Source: Bacillota bacterium (GTDB lineage Bacteria > Bacillota > DTU025). Taken from it: a stretch of 64,000 nucleotides of DNA. Position 1 is the stretch's first letter, and every line of letters begins with the position of its first letter. The stretch spans positions 1,492,905 to 1,556,904 of the forward strand of contig JBMNJT010000002.1 of assembly GCA_050951805.1 (NCBI GenBank), written 5' to 3'. Below are positions 40,761 to 51,289 of this stretch, in pieces. The notes under the pieces are model-generated. The model was not told the origin of the DNA. It made no database searches and saw nothing but the letters and a program-made list of their open reading frames with translations. The position numbers and the translations under genes are program-made.

Positions 40761-41606
40761 CTACCCCATCGCCGCTTGCCTTCCAGTGCGCTGGTCAAAT
40801 ATGGTCAACTTAGTGTATCCGGCCTCTCGGGCCCACGACACAAGTTCATCATAACGCGATGCGACCTCTTCAGGTTCATGCGCATCCGAAGCTAAGGTAA
40901 TCCCCACGCCCCGCTCGCAAGCCATCTTGAGCAACGTCATTGCAGGATACGCTTCCTCTACCGGACGCCGGAGTCCGGCGCTTGAGACTTCAAGGCATGT
41001 TCCTGACGATGCGGCCGCCGCTGTCAAAGCATCGTAGTATCCTCTCAAGGGTCCTTCCTCGCCTGGGCCCTCCAAACCCGTTGCCAACCTAGCGCCGAAC
41101 ACCTTAATCACATCGGGATGGCCTATCACGTCGAAAACGCCGCTCCTTGCCGCACGACATACACGTTCGAAATATGCGGAATACGCCCATTCCACATCCA
41201 CATCGTTCCAGCTAGTCGGGTCAATATCGAATCCCCACTCTCCGATCCAGTGAACCGATCCGATAACCAGATCCCAGGGATGTCCCTCTTCCAGAAAGTC
41301 GGCTACATCTTCGATGGTCTCATCGATGTAATCGAACTCGATCCCGAGCTTCACCGACAAGCCCTCAGCCTTCATATCCTCAATGAGCGAAATATAGTCG
41401 TCGAGCCTGAAACCATGGCCATGCTCTTTTACATAGTTCGGACGCTCAAGCATGGGGGCACATTCCACAAAATTGTAAGCATGCTCTGTAAAGGCTATCT
41501 CCCAAACGCCATTGGCCAACGCCCGGTCCACGAACCGCATTGCGTTGGCGCGCGACAATCCTGCCCTTTCCAGATGCACGTGATAATCAACAAGCATCCC
41601 GCACAC
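40761..41606 (-). CDS. PHP-family histidinol phosphatase (HisJ/HisK-like)
   Basis: DYHVH, FTEH, GIEFDY, IGSVH, GHPD, SDAH. Confidence 0.88.
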   Translation of the reverse strand: MCGMLVDYHVHLERAGLSRANAMRFVDRALANGVWEIAFTEHAYNFVECAPMLERPNYVKEHGHGFRLDDYISLIEDMKAEGLSVKLGIEFDYIDETIEDVADFLEEGHPWDLVIGSVHWIGEWGFDIDPTSWNDVDVEWAYSAYFERVCRAARSGVFDVIGHPDVIKVFGARLATGLEGPGEEGPLRGYYDALTAAAASSGTCLEVSSAGLRRPVEEAYPAMTLLKMACERGVGITLASDAHEPEEVASRYDELVSWAREAGYTKLTIFDQRTGRQAAMG

Positions 41607-41620
41607 CCCTATCGAATTGC

Positions 41621-43978
41621 CTACATCACTTGATGTTCCGTCCTGGAAATTATCTCATCCTGCAATGCGCGGGAAAGGTCGCAGAAATAATCGCTATACC
41701 CTGCCACACGAACTATTAAGTCGCGATGGGCTTCTGGATCCGCTTGCGCCTCCCGCAACGTTTCTGCCTTTACCACATTGAACTGGACATGGTGTCCTCC
41801 AAGCTTGAAGTAGGTACGCACCAGGCTCGCGAGGTTGTTTATGCCTGCTTCATCTTCGAGCAGCTTCGGAGAGAATTTCATGTTGAGAAGAGTGCCGCCG
41901 GTCAGCGCATGATCCATCTTGGAGGCGGATTTGAAGACCGCAGTAGGCCCGCGCCTATCGCTGCCCTGAACGGGAGAGATCCCTTCCGACAGGGGCTGCC
42001 ACGCCCTTCGGCCATCAGGGGTAGCCCCTGTAACCGAACCGAAATACACATGGCACGTGGTGGGAAGCATGTTGATGCAATACCGCCCACCCTTGACATT
42101 CGGCCGCCCGTCAACTGCATCAAAGAACGTTTTGAAGACGTCAGTCATTATCGTGTCAGCCCTGTCATCATCATTTCCATACCTAGGAGTATCGTCCCAG
42201 AGCAGCCGACGCAGATCCTCCATGTCCTCGTAATCGCGTTCTAAGGCCTGGAGCAATTGATCCATTGTGACTCGGGGCTCATCAAACACGTGATGCCTGA
42301 TGGCAGAAAGGGAATCCGTTATAGTGCCAATTCCTACTCCCTGAATGTAGGATGTATTGTATCTGGCTCCTCCGTCGTTGTAATCTCGACCTATGGCGAT
42401 GCAGTCATCAATCAGCAGTGACATGAAGGGCGCCGGCATGTACTTTGCATAAAGCCTCTCAATCACGTTGTTTCCTTTAATCTTTACATCTATGAAGTAG
42501 TTGAGCTGTTCTGTATATGCCTCCCATAGCTCCTCATACGTTTCGAACAGCGCAGCAGGCCCTGTCTTGGGCCCAAGCTGCCTTCCGGTGCGCATGTCCA
42601 CCCCATCATACAGTGTCAATTCCAGAATCTTGGGAAGGTTGAAATAGCCAGTGAGGATGTAGGCCTCCTTTCCGAAAGCGCCAGTCTCCACACACCCCGA
42701 CGTCCCGCCGCATCTGGCGTCCTCCAAGCTCTTTCCCACCCTGAGCATCTCCTGTACTACCATGTCGGCGTTGAATATCGAAGGCTGTCCCCACCCCTTC
42801 CTCACTATTCTAAGGGCGCGCTTAAGAAAGCGGTCCGGGTTCTTCGCCGACAGCTGTATGTTGGAGCTCGGCTGAAGGAGCCTCATTTCGTCTATCACGT
42901 CTAGTATGAGGTATGTCAAGCCATTGACCCCATCTCGCCCGTCAGGAGTCAGTCCTCCACAGTTGATGTTCGCGAAATCCGTATACGTACCGCTCTCGGC
43001 GGCAGTCACACCAACCTTAGGAGGAGCGGGCTGATTGCTGAATTTGATCCAAAAGCACTGCAAGAGCTCGCGGGCAGAATCTTCGGTTAACGTGCCGTCC
43101 TCAAGCCCCTTTTTGTAAAACGGGTAAAGATGCTGGTCCAGCCTTCCGGGGTTAAACGAATCCCACGTATTCAGCTCGGTAATCACTCCGAGGTGCACGA
43201 ACCAATAGGCCTGCAATGCTTCCCAAAAATCCCGGGGCGGGTTTTCAGGCACCCACGAACAAATTTCGGCTATGCGTCTCAACTCTGAGGCCCTTACAGG
43301 ATCAGTCTCCTCCCGTGCCATGGATTCGGCCAATCGAGCGTGGCGGCGCGCGAATATGCAGATGGCTTCGGCAGCGATGTCCATCGCCCTGAGCTGCTCT
43401 GCCTTGTCATGAGCTTCGGGATCGCCCAGATAATCAAGGGATGCCAGGTGCCGCGCGATATCCTCCCTGAGTTGCCTAAACCCCTTGCGATAGATCTTGT
43501 CGTCCGCCACTGTATGCCCGGGAGCTCGCTGTTCCATGAACTCGGTGAAAATGCCGGCATCGTACGCAGCTTTCCATTCATCAGTCATCTCGGTGAAGAT
43601 CAGATCCCGCATGGACCTCCCCCTCCAATAGGGGATTATCTTCTCCTCATAGATGCTGATTGTCTCAGGCGAGACGGCGAACGGTATCTTCTCCCGGCTA
43701 CTGAGAATATCTAGGTCTTCAAGGGAATGGCAACAGAGTTCAGGATAGGTCGGAGTCGCTTTTGGAGCGGGACCCCTTTCGCCGACGATGAGTTCCCCAT
43801 CGTTGATGCAGATGGCCTTGTGCTCCATTAAATACCTAAAGGCACGCGCCCTTTTGAGTGCTGGCGAAGGAGTGTTGTCATTGGCATAGAATTCCGTGAT
43901 CAGTTCAGCCCTCTCGGCAGAGATATATGGAACAGCGTCAAGGCTCTGCTGTCGCAATCTACTGACTCGCGTATTCAT
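41621..43978 (-). CDS. hypD: Glycyl radical enzyme, trans-4-hydroxy-L-proline dehydratase
   Basis: PTYPELCCH, FTEFMEQRAPGHTV, ESGTYTDF, SGCVE, LPTTCH, RVAGY closely follow Clostridioides HypD as recalled. Confidence 0.88.
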   Translation of the reverse strand: MNTRVSRLRQQSLDAVPYISAERAELITEFYANDNTPSPALKRARAFRYLMEHKAICINDGELIVGERGPAPKATPTYPELCCHSLEDLDILSSREKIPFAVSPETISIYEEKIIPYWRGRSMRDLIFTEMTDEWKAAYDAGIFTEFMEQRAPGHTVADDKIYRKGFRQLREDIARHLASLDYLGDPEAHDKAEQLRAMDIAAEAICIFARRHARLAESMAREETDPVRASELRRIAEICSWVPENPPRDFWEALQAYWFVHLGVITELNTWDSFNPGRLDQHLYPFYKKGLEDGTLTEDSARELLQCFWIKFSNQPAPPKVGVTAAESGTYTDFANINCGGLTPDGRDGVNGLTYLILDVIDEMRLLQPSSNIQLSAKNPDRFLKRALRIVRKGWGQPSIFNADMVVQEMLRVGKSLEDARCGGTSGCVETGAFGKEAYILTGYFNLPKILELTLYDGVDMRTGRQLGPKTGPAALFETYEELWEAYTEQLNYFIDVKIKGNNVIERLYAKYMPAPFMSLLIDDCIAIGRDYNDGGARYNTSYIQGVGIGTITDSLSAIRHHVFDEPRVTMDQLLQALERDYEDMEDLRRLLWDDTPRYGNDDDRADTIMTDVFKTFFDAVDGRPNVKGGRYCINMLPTTCHVYFGSVTGATPDGRRAWQPLSEGISPVQGSDRRGPTAVFKSASKMDHALTGGTLLNMKFSPKLLEDEAGINNLASLVRTYFKLGGHHVQFNVVKAETLREAQADPEAHRDLIVRVAGYSDYFCDLSRALQDEIISRTEHQVM

Positions 43979-43983
43979 CAGAT

Positions 43984-44907
43984 TCAGCCTCCGATCTGAA
44001 CATCGATTCCAACAGCTTCAAAAACTCTGCGAACGCGATCTATATTCTGACTATCCGGCTCATCCAAATCTTCAACGCAGCATACACGTCCAAGCCTCTC
44101 ATACTTCTCATTCCCAAGACGATGGTAAGGCAGGATGGCCGCTTGGGGAGGGTCCTTCCATTCGAGGGACCCTATGAATTCGATAAAGTCGCCAAGGCTC
44201 TCGTTATCATCATTGTACCCGGGGATAAGGGGAATACGCAACGTAACATCATATCCCTCTTTCACCAACCAACGCAGGTTGGAGATGGCGAGCTCGTTCG
44301 AACATCCCGTAGCAAAGAGGTGCGCGAAGCGATCGACTATCTTCAAGTCATAAAGCCACAAGTCTACAAAGGGCGCCACTAGCTCCACTACGTGGCGGGC
44401 TGCAATGCCGCTAGTATCGACTGCGGTGTGGAGTTCTACTTTCTTGCATGTCTGCGCCAGTTCGCATAGGAATGCCGGTTGGGCCAGAGGCTCGCCGCCG
44501 GTGAATGTGATTCCGCCGCCAGACTCATCATAGAAGGCTCTGTCCATTTCGATCTCGTCCATCACTTCGGAAACGGAAACTTCACGGCCCACGATTGTCC
44601 TGGCTCGAGCCGGGCAAACTTCTGCACACTTCCCGCATCCAGTGCACAACTCCCACGCAGTCACCGGGCGCCCATGTTCCACGCGCACGGCTCCTACATC
44701 ACACACAGAAGCGCAAAGTCCACAGCCCCTGCATTTGTTGGGCCAATACATCACTTCTTGCTCACGCCTTTGGCTTTCGGGATTGTGACACCAAAGGCAC
44801 CTGGCAGGACAACCCTTGAAGAAGACGGCGGTCCTTATTCCAGGGCCATCGTGAACAGAATACCGTCTGATGTCGAAGATCTTGCCGCGCGTCACCTTGT
44901 CTATCAT
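43984..44907 (-). CDS. Glycyl-radical enzyme activating protein
   Basis: HDGPGIRTAVFFKGCPARCLWCHNPES plus ferredoxin-like insertion; GGEPL. Confidence 0.95.
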   Translation of the reverse strand: MIDKVTRGKIFDIRRYSVHDGPGIRTAVFFKGCPARCLWCHNPESQRREQEVMYWPNKCRGCGLCASVCDVGAVRVEHGRPVTAWELCTGCGKCAEVCPARARTIVGREVSVSEVMDEIEMDRAFYDESGGGITFTGGEPLAQPAFLCELAQTCKKVELHTAVDTSGIAARHVVELVAPFVDLWLYDLKIVDRFAHLFATGCSNELAISNLRWLVKEGYDVTLRIPLIPGYNDDNESLGDFIEFIGSLEWKDPPQAAILPYHRLGNEKYERLGRVCCVEDLDEPDSQNIDRVRRVFEAVGIDVQIGG

Positions 44908-45045
44908 GCATTATCCACCACGCCATCTAGGGATGTCCTTTTTGGAGTCTAGAGATGAAAACGCATCTCGTTTCCAGATTAACAACATCATTCTGACATG
45001 TCGGAACTCAAAGACATCTGGGAAGATATGCTGATGTCCCAACGC

Positions 45046-45951
45046 CTAACTCAAGGATTCCGGAGGCTTGCGCACGTCGTGCATTATCGCCTGTGTTGCT
45101 TGATAAAAAGTCTGGTGGCCGGCTTTGAGTATCCTAGAGGCATACTCCTTCAACTCATCCTCATAGGGCTCGAGAATGACGGTCCCATTATCCGCATCAA
45201 CGATGATGCTCTCCCCGTCAACTAACCCCGACAGCACCCCCGCAGCTTGGATAATCACTGGAATCCCAAGCGCTTCCGCAATCACGTCAATACTTGAGTG
45301 CACGGATCCAGCCTCAAGAACGAGACCCAACATCATCTTGCGGTTCAGCATCACCAGCTCAGACGGGAGCAGATCATGAGCGACAAGGACCCCCTCTTCA
45401 CTAGGAGAGCCACCAACCACGAGCACAGGCTCGAATTGGCCGTCGTCCATGGCAGACGCTGCTCCAATACCCGCTAAAGTGGTGATAAAGCGCAGGCCAA
45501 CGTCATAAACATCTTCAGCCCTTGCACGAGTTGCCTCGTCATCCGACGCCTCCAGACCGGCCACAATCTCGGTAATAGCTCCGGAAACTGCCTGCGGAAG
45601 CGGGATGCCCTCCTCAACCCTGCTGAAAACAGAGGCCTCCAACATAGGGTCGGAGACAATAGCGTGCTGCGCTTCAAAGATATCCGCAGCAGCCCCCCCA
45701 AGTTCATCCTCGGCCTTCCGTTGCAGGGCTGTTGTGAGAAGCGAAGCAGTGGCCACTGTTGCAGCCCATATCTGAGCATACTCCCACATTGGGAGGGATA
45801 ATGCCGCTGTCCAATCGGCCCCTTCCCTGCCGGCTCCAACCGGGCGAACGACGCCAGCCCCCGCTTCAGGAAGACGCTTGGGCGCCAGTGCTTTCACCGT
45901 TCCTACGGATATGCCCCCCACCATGGAAGTCCCGGCATAAACGCGTCTCAT
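45046..45951 (-). CDS. Truncated PTS enzyme-I-like protein (N-terminal helical and swivel domains only)
   Basis: ADIFEAQHAIVSDP, RAEDVYDV, LVAHDLLPS, ALGIP, IIVDADNG; ends before the PEP-binding barrel. Confidence 0.75.
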   Translation of the reverse strand: MRRVYAGTSMVGGISVGTVKALAPKRLPEAGAGVVRPVGAGREGADWTAALSLPMWEYAQIWAATVATASLLTTALQRKAEDELGGAAADIFEAQHAIVSDPMLEASVFSRVEEGIPLPQAVSGAITEIVAGLEASDDEATRARAEDVYDVGLRFITTLAGIGAASAMDDGQFEPVLVVGGSPSEEGVLVAHDLLPSELVMLNRKMMLGLVLEAGSVHSSIDVIAEALGIPVIIQAAGVLSGLVDGESIIVDADNGTVILEPYEDELKEYASRILKAGHQTFYQATQAIMHDVRKPPESLS

Positions 45952-45953
45952 GG

Positions 45954-47309
45954 CTACAACGCATCTCCTCTTCGGACTCGTTCTTCCAATATCTCGATCA
46001 GGACACGATCCACATCTTTCATTCCTTCAGCATTCAGCCGTGCAACATTCTGCGCTGTCCCTTCGATGGTGATGTCCACGATACCCTGTGCGTCATCGAT
46101 GCCAGTGTCGTTCACCGCTATGAGCGCAGCCAAGTATGCCTCACATGCAGCCGCCCCGACCCTCAGGGCACACGTCCCCTTAGCCCCATCGCACACTATG
46201 CCAGCAGTATTAGCCAGCACTAACTGCATGGCGCGGGCCGAGTGCATCCAGTTGCCTCCCAAAAGGCACGCAATCCCGGCCGCCGCCCCAGCGCCCGCAG
46301 CCACAGAACAGCCGCACACTGGCGTGAGCCTCCCCGTCCTACTCCGCACGAAACTTGTGGAAAGCAAGCTCACTGTGACTGCTCGAGCTATCTCCTCCCT
46401 CGATTTGCCCATGGATTCACCGGCCAGCGCCACCGGGATTATCGCCGTTATTCCCTGGTTGCCGCTTCCTGCCGCGCTCATCGTCGGCAATTGAACCCCG
46501 GCCATTCTCGCATCTGAGGCTGCGCTCGAGTAGGAACGGATGAGGAAGGCCAAATCCTTTTCGATCTTGTTTTCGCTCATGAGCTTCCATATGGCTTTGC
46601 CCGCTCCCAGCCCCGATTTGGATTCGGAAGTTAGGCCATATTCGGCGATGGCCATATTCATTTCCACGCCACGCATCACATATTCTACCTCGTCAGACCC
46701 CATATCATCGGCAAGGCTGAGCAAAGTCCGATAATCGATCCCCTCAAGAAAGCCATCAGTCTCTTGCTCATTGGCATGGTCAGCAAGGACATTACCGTTA
46801 TCGCGAGGGAGCGTCGACCCCGCTGGGGCGGCTTCCTCTTTGCTGAAGACAGTCTCGCCGTCTACGTCCACCCTGACTATGTTGGAATGCTCCCCTTCTA
46901 TAACGCAGGTAGCAGCGTGAGTCCGCGATTCCACCGTCACCTCTACATAAACACCGCACACGTGGGGCATGCAATTGAGTTTGACCCGGCCCTCGCTGAT
47001 CATGCGTTTTGCAGCTACAACATCTTCAGGGGTGCAGTCGCGCAGCACTTCCAATCCCAAATCAGCCCTGCCTGCAAGCGCTCCCATAGCAGCCGCGAGC
47101 GAATTCCCTGTTTCGCCGCTCGCCCCCGGCACTCCGACGTTCATCCCGTTCTTGTATATGCTGTCACTGACATCGGCGCTTATGCGCTCTATATACTCGC
47201 CACCCAATTCTTGTCTAGCCCGAGCTGCAGCCAGCGCAACTGCGCCGGGCTCTGTACAACCGAGGGCCGGAACAACCTCTCGGGCCAAGAATTCCTTCAA
47301 AGTTATCAT
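45954..47309 (-). CDS. L-cysteine desulfidase (YhaM/CyuA/CdsB, UPF0597)
   Basis: PALGCTEP, SDARMAG, GSGNQG, CGC, CDGAKGTCA. Confidence 0.88.
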   Translation of the reverse strand: MITLKEFLAREVVPALGCTEPGAVALAAARARQELGGEYIERISADVSDSIYKNGMNVGVPGASGETGNSLAAAMGALAGRADLGLEVLRDCTPEDVVAAKRMISEGRVKLNCMPHVCGVYVEVTVESRTHAATCVIEGEHSNIVRVDVDGETVFSKEEAAPAGSTLPRDNGNVLADHANEQETDGFLEGIDYRTLLSLADDMGSDEVEYVMRGVEMNMAIAEYGLTSESKSGLGAGKAIWKLMSENKIEKDLAFLIRSYSSAASDARMAGVQLPTMSAAGSGNQGITAIIPVALAGESMGKSREEIARAVTVSLLSTSFVRSRTGRLTPVCGCSVAAGAGAAAGIACLLGGNWMHSARAMQLVLANTAGIVCDGAKGTCALRVGAAACEAYLAALIAVNDTGIDDAQGIVDITIEGTAQNVARLNAEGMKDVDRVLIEILEERVRRGDAL

Positions 47310-47617
47310 GCCTGCTCGCCCGCTCCCATCTTACGATGATCCCGGCGCACGTCTCTGGAAATCCCTATTCTACAGGCCCGCGCCGTACAGCTTATTTATT
47401 CTTGAAACGCTCGGTGTTTCCCTCCAAATCGCAAGGTTTGCAGTCCAACACTTTTGCAGTCATGCAAGTCGCATGGTCGACGTATTCTGTGATGCACATG
47501 ATATGGGATGCGCTGCCTGCCAAAGGGCGCAACCCGCCATGACTAACACGGACGGAGGATATATGTGAAATGAGGCGAATTTATAACTCACATGATAACG
47601 ACAGGAGGCGAGTCTTC

Positions 47618-48112
47618 GTGACCGACATAATCGACAAGGTGGTAAAAGGAATAGGTACAGGTGTTGACATAGTAGGAAGCAAAACCAAGGAACTATGGGA
47701 CTCCACGCGAATCAAATCGAAAATCGGCGACCTCAAGGCGGACAGGCATAAGGTCATGGAAGAATTGGGCGAGGAGGCATACGAGATGCTTCGTAAAAAC
47801 GCCTTCAACTTCGACAGACTCTATGCCAAAGCGGCAGAGATAACCGAAATAGACAAGGAAATCGCTGAAGCAGAAGAGGCTCTGGCAAACATTAGAGAAG
47901 AGTCCGATGGTGAAGAAAAACCTGAGGCAACCGAAATCGAAGAATCGGCCGCCGAACCAGAGCCTGCTGATGTTTCTGAGGAAGAAGCGGAAGAGGCTGA
48001 AGAATCATGCTCAGACGCTCCAAAGTGCGCGTGCGGTGCATCGATAGTATCCGGTGCGCGTTACTGCATCTTTTGCGGGCGACCTGTACCCTCTGGATCC
48101 AGCTGCGACTAG
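47618..48112 (+). CDS. Coiled-coil protein with acidic linker and C-terminal zinc ribbon
   Basis: GTG after AGGAGG; CACG...YCIFCG. Confidence 0.7.
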   Translation: MTDIIDKVVKGIGTGVDIVGSKTKELWDSTRIKSKIGDLKADRHKVMEELGEEAYEMLRKNAFNFDRLYAKAAEITEIDKEIAEAEEALANIREESDGEEKPEATEIEESAAEPEPADVSEEEAEEAEESCSDAPKCACGASIVSGARYCIFCGRPVPSGSSCD

Positions 48113-48238
48113 CAGCCTCTGGCAAGCGGCTACTCCTTTCTGTAGCCAACTGCACAGGGTCGAAAAGGTGAACACTGGCGAATCTATTTTTTGGGCAGAC
48201 TGCAACCGGGCAAGGTCCATACTCAAGAGGTGTCAGTA

Positions 48239-49657
48239 ATGCGGAAAACTAAAATCGTATGTACAATAGGGCCGGCCAGCGACGATCTGGACACGTTGCG
48301 AAGTTTGGCAAACGCCGGCATGGATGTTGCGCGGCTCAACTTCTCCCATGGCGTCCACGAGGAACATGCCGAGAGAATCCGCCGCATACGCGCGGTGGCG
48401 GCAGAATGCGGGAAGAACATCCCGATCATGCTCGACACCAAGGGACCGGAGTTGAGAATCGGAGCATTCGAATCAGGTTCAATCACGCTCGCTCCGGGCG
48501 ACACATTCATCATCACAACACAGCCGCTTCTGGGGAATTCCGAGATCGTATCGGTGAACTACCCCGGCCTGCCCATTTTGGTTTCGCAGGGCGACAAGAT
48601 TCTGTTAGATGACGGTCAGCTGGAGATGGAAGTTCGTTCCGTAAAAGGTCCTGCAGTCGAATGTGAAGTCATCGTCGGGGGAGTACTCAGCGACCGAAAG
48701 CGGTTGTCTGTCCCAGGGCGAAGGATAGACCTTCCGACACTGTCATCAGAGGACAAGATGGATCTGGCCTTCGGCATAGAACACGGGATCGACATTATTG
48801 CCGCCTCCTTTATCCGAACGGCCTCTTCCGTGCAGGAAATAAAGTCTTTCACCGAGTCACGCGGCGTATCGCTTCCGGTCATTGCAAAGATCGAGAGCAG
48901 AGAAGGGATCGAGAACATCAACTCTATCCTCAGGTCTGCAGATGGGTTGATGGTCGCCCGTGGCGACCTCGGCGTCGAACTTCCCGCCGAAGATGTTCCG
49001 ATCATCCAGAAGCAACTGATACAGAAATGCCGCAGGGCAGGCAAGCCGGTGATTACCGCCACTCAGATGCTGGACTCGATGATCAGAAACCCTCATCCCA
49101 CCCGCGCCGAAGTGAGCGATGTGGCCAATGCAGTCCTCGACGGGACTGACGCCGTAATGCTCAGCGGCGAGACTGCCAGCGGAAAATATCCTGTCGAGTC
49201 CGTACGTACCATGGCCAGAGTCGTTGAACGCACCGAAACAGCCGGGCACTTCGCCGAAGCTCCGGTTCAGCGTGGCGGAAGCGCAGCAATAACCGCAACT
49301 GACGCGATCGGCCATGCCACGGTGCAGATTGCAACGGAACTGAAAGCTGCAGCCATCATCACTTCAACAAAATCGGGCTGGACCGCCCGGATGATAGCAA
49401 AGCACAGGCCGAAGACCCCGATCGTGGCTGTCGCAACCGACGAACAGACTGCAAGGATTCTCAACCTTGTCTGGGGAGTATACCCCGTGCAAGGTCACGA
49501 TATTGCAACGACAGACGAGATGATCTCGACCGCTGTCGCCAAGGCACAGGAAGCCGGATTCGTTCGCGAGGGCGACACTGTGATCATCACGGCAGGCGTC
49601 CCGGTGGGCATGTCAGGAACCACAAACCTGATAAAGGTCCACGAGATAACAGGGTAA
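48239..49657 (+). CDS. pyk: Pyruvate kinase
   Basis: MRKTKIVCTIGPAS, ARLNFSHG, IAKIE, MVARGDLG, ATQMLDSM, MLSGET. Confidence 0.98.
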   Translation: MRKTKIVCTIGPASDDLDTLRSLANAGMDVARLNFSHGVHEEHAERIRRIRAVAAECGKNIPIMLDTKGPELRIGAFESGSITLAPGDTFIITTQPLLGNSEIVSVNYPGLPILVSQGDKILLDDGQLEMEVRSVKGPAVECEVIVGGVLSDRKRLSVPGRRIDLPTLSSEDKMDLAFGIEHGIDIIAASFIRTASSVQEIKSFTESRGVSLPVIAKIESREGIENINSILRSADGLMVARGDLGVELPAEDVPIIQKQLIQKCRRAGKPVITATQMLDSMIRNPHPTRAEVSDVANAVLDGTDAVMLSGETASGKYPVESVRTMARVVERTETAGHFAEAPVQRGGSAAITATDAIGHATVQIATELKAAAIITSTKSGWTARMIAKHRPKTPIVAVATDEQTARILNLVWGVYPVQGHDIATTDEMISTAVAKAQEAGFVREGDTVIITAGVPVGMSGTTNLIKVHEITG

Positions 49658-49660
49658 AAA

Positions 49661-49762
49661 AAGGGGCTCCGAAGTGCAATCTGCCTAGCAGAGGCGTTGC
49701 CGTAAGCGCAGCGACGAATCGCTAACCTGCCAGGACAACAGACTGCCGTTCGGAGCCCTCTT
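49661..49762. terminator. Long rod-like hairpin between convergent pyk and aspA
   Basis: GGGCTCCGAA...TTCGGAGCCC with nested inner pairings; A7 tract on the left gives a U-tract for aspA. Confidence 0.6.
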
Positions 49763-49795
49763 AAGATGTCTTTAGGCTTTCAGCCTGTGTACAGG

Positions 49796-51289
49796 CTACG
49801 CCCCATCCATACCGCTGGGGCTGGTCAAATGGCTAAACGACAGCACGTGGTCGAGCTGTTCTTCCGAAAGCAAGCCCCGTTCCAGCACGATGTTTCTTAC
49901 CGTCTTCCCAGTGGCCTGCGCCTCCTTGGCCACGTCGCAAGCTACCTGGTAAGTCAGGTACGGAACCAATGCAGTCACTACTCCGACATTGGTCTCAACC
50001 ATGTTAAGGCAGCGTTCCCTGTTCACCTCGATGCCAACCACGCACTTATCCGCGAAGGTTCTCGCCGCGTTGCCCAGAATGTCCGCAGATTGCAAGAGAT
50101 TGAAGAGCAGCACAGGCATGAATACATTGAGTTCAAGCTGGCCTGCCTGGGCAGCCATAGTGACCGATAGATCATTTCCTATGATCTGAAATGCGACTTG
50201 GTTCACAACCTCAGGTATCACAGGGTTAACTTTCGCCGGCATTATTGATGAACCCGGTTGAACAGGAGGAAGCAACAGTTCATGAAGGCCGGCTATAGGT
50301 CCGGAGGCCAAGAGCCTCATATCATTCGCTATCTTGCAGAGATTGACCGCGCACACCTTCATGCACGACGAAAGATTGGCGAATACGTCCACGTTCTGAG
50401 TGCAATCCACCAAGTCTTCCGCAGTTTGGAGAGGATAACCGCTTATCTTCGAGAGTTCCTCGCAGACAAGATGAATGAACCTTATATCCACATTGAGCCC
50501 AGTGCCTACCGCCGTTCCGCCCAGGTTGATGATGTGAAGACCTTCACTGGCCGCTTCGATCCGCGCAATGTCGCGCCTCAGTGCCTTCGCCCAAGCCCCA
50601 AATTCCTGCCCTGCGGTGATAGGCACCGCATCCTGCAAGTGGGTCCTCCCCATCTTTACAACGTCTTTGAACTCTTCGGACTTCGCCTCGAGCGCGCACG
50701 CAAGAGCGTCCAGTCCTTCAATTGTCCCTTCAAGCTGTGTAAGCAGAGCAATCCGCGCCCCCGTGGGCACCGCATCATTCGTAGACTGCCCCATATTGAC
50801 ATGGTTCAAAGGGCTCACTAAAGAGTAATCGCCCTTTACCCCGCCGAGGATCTCTATGGCTCTGTTTGCAAGAACCTCGTTTACATTCATGTTGATCGAT
50901 GTTCCAGCTCCGCCTTGGATTGGGTCAAGCATGAAACTGCTGTCGAGCTTCCCAGCCAAAGCGTCGTCGGCGGCCTCAGCTATAGCCTGCCCGATTCGGC
51001 TCGGGATCTGGCCCAACTTGCTGTGGGCAAGAGCCGTCGCCTTCTTAACCATGATCAACCCACGAATAAGTGCCGGGTGAACCGAAAGCCCTGTGATCTG
51101 AAAGTTTTCTTGCCCGCGAAGAGTCTGTATCCCGTAGTACGCGTCGACCGGCACCTGCCTTTTCCCCAGCGAATCCGTTTCAATACGCATTTTGCCATCC
51201 GCAGATGTCCCTTGCTTCGACATGCCACTATCTGTGCCTGCATTCCCTGAAACAACCCTTGTATCACCATTGTCACTAACCACTGACAT
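49796..51289 (-). CDS. aspA: Aspartate ammonia-lyase
   Basis: QGGAGTSINMN, QSTND, GRTHLQDA, GSSIMPAKVNPV; SigH-type promoter at 51421-51445. Confidence 0.93.
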   Translation of the reverse strand: MSVVSDNGDTRVVSGNAGTDSGMSKQGTSADGKMRIETDSLGKRQVPVDAYYGIQTLRGQENFQITGLSVHPALIRGLIMVKKATALAHSKLGQIPSRIGQAIAEAADDALAGKLDSSFMLDPIQGGAGTSINMNVNEVLANRAIEILGGVKGDYSLVSPLNHVNMGQSTNDAVPTGARIALLTQLEGTIEGLDALACALEAKSEEFKDVVKMGRTHLQDAVPITAGQEFGAWAKALRRDIARIEAASEGLHIINLGGTAVGTGLNVDIRFIHLVCEELSKISGYPLQTAEDLVDCTQNVDVFANLSSCMKVCAVNLCKIANDMRLLASGPIAGLHELLLPPVQPGSSIMPAKVNPVIPEVVNQVAFQIIGNDLSVTMAAQAGQLELNVFMPVLLFNLLQSADILGNAARTFADKCVVGIEVNRERCLNMVETNVGVVTALVPYLTYQVACDVAKEAQATGKTVRNIVLERGLLSEEQLDHVLSFSHLTSPSGMDGA

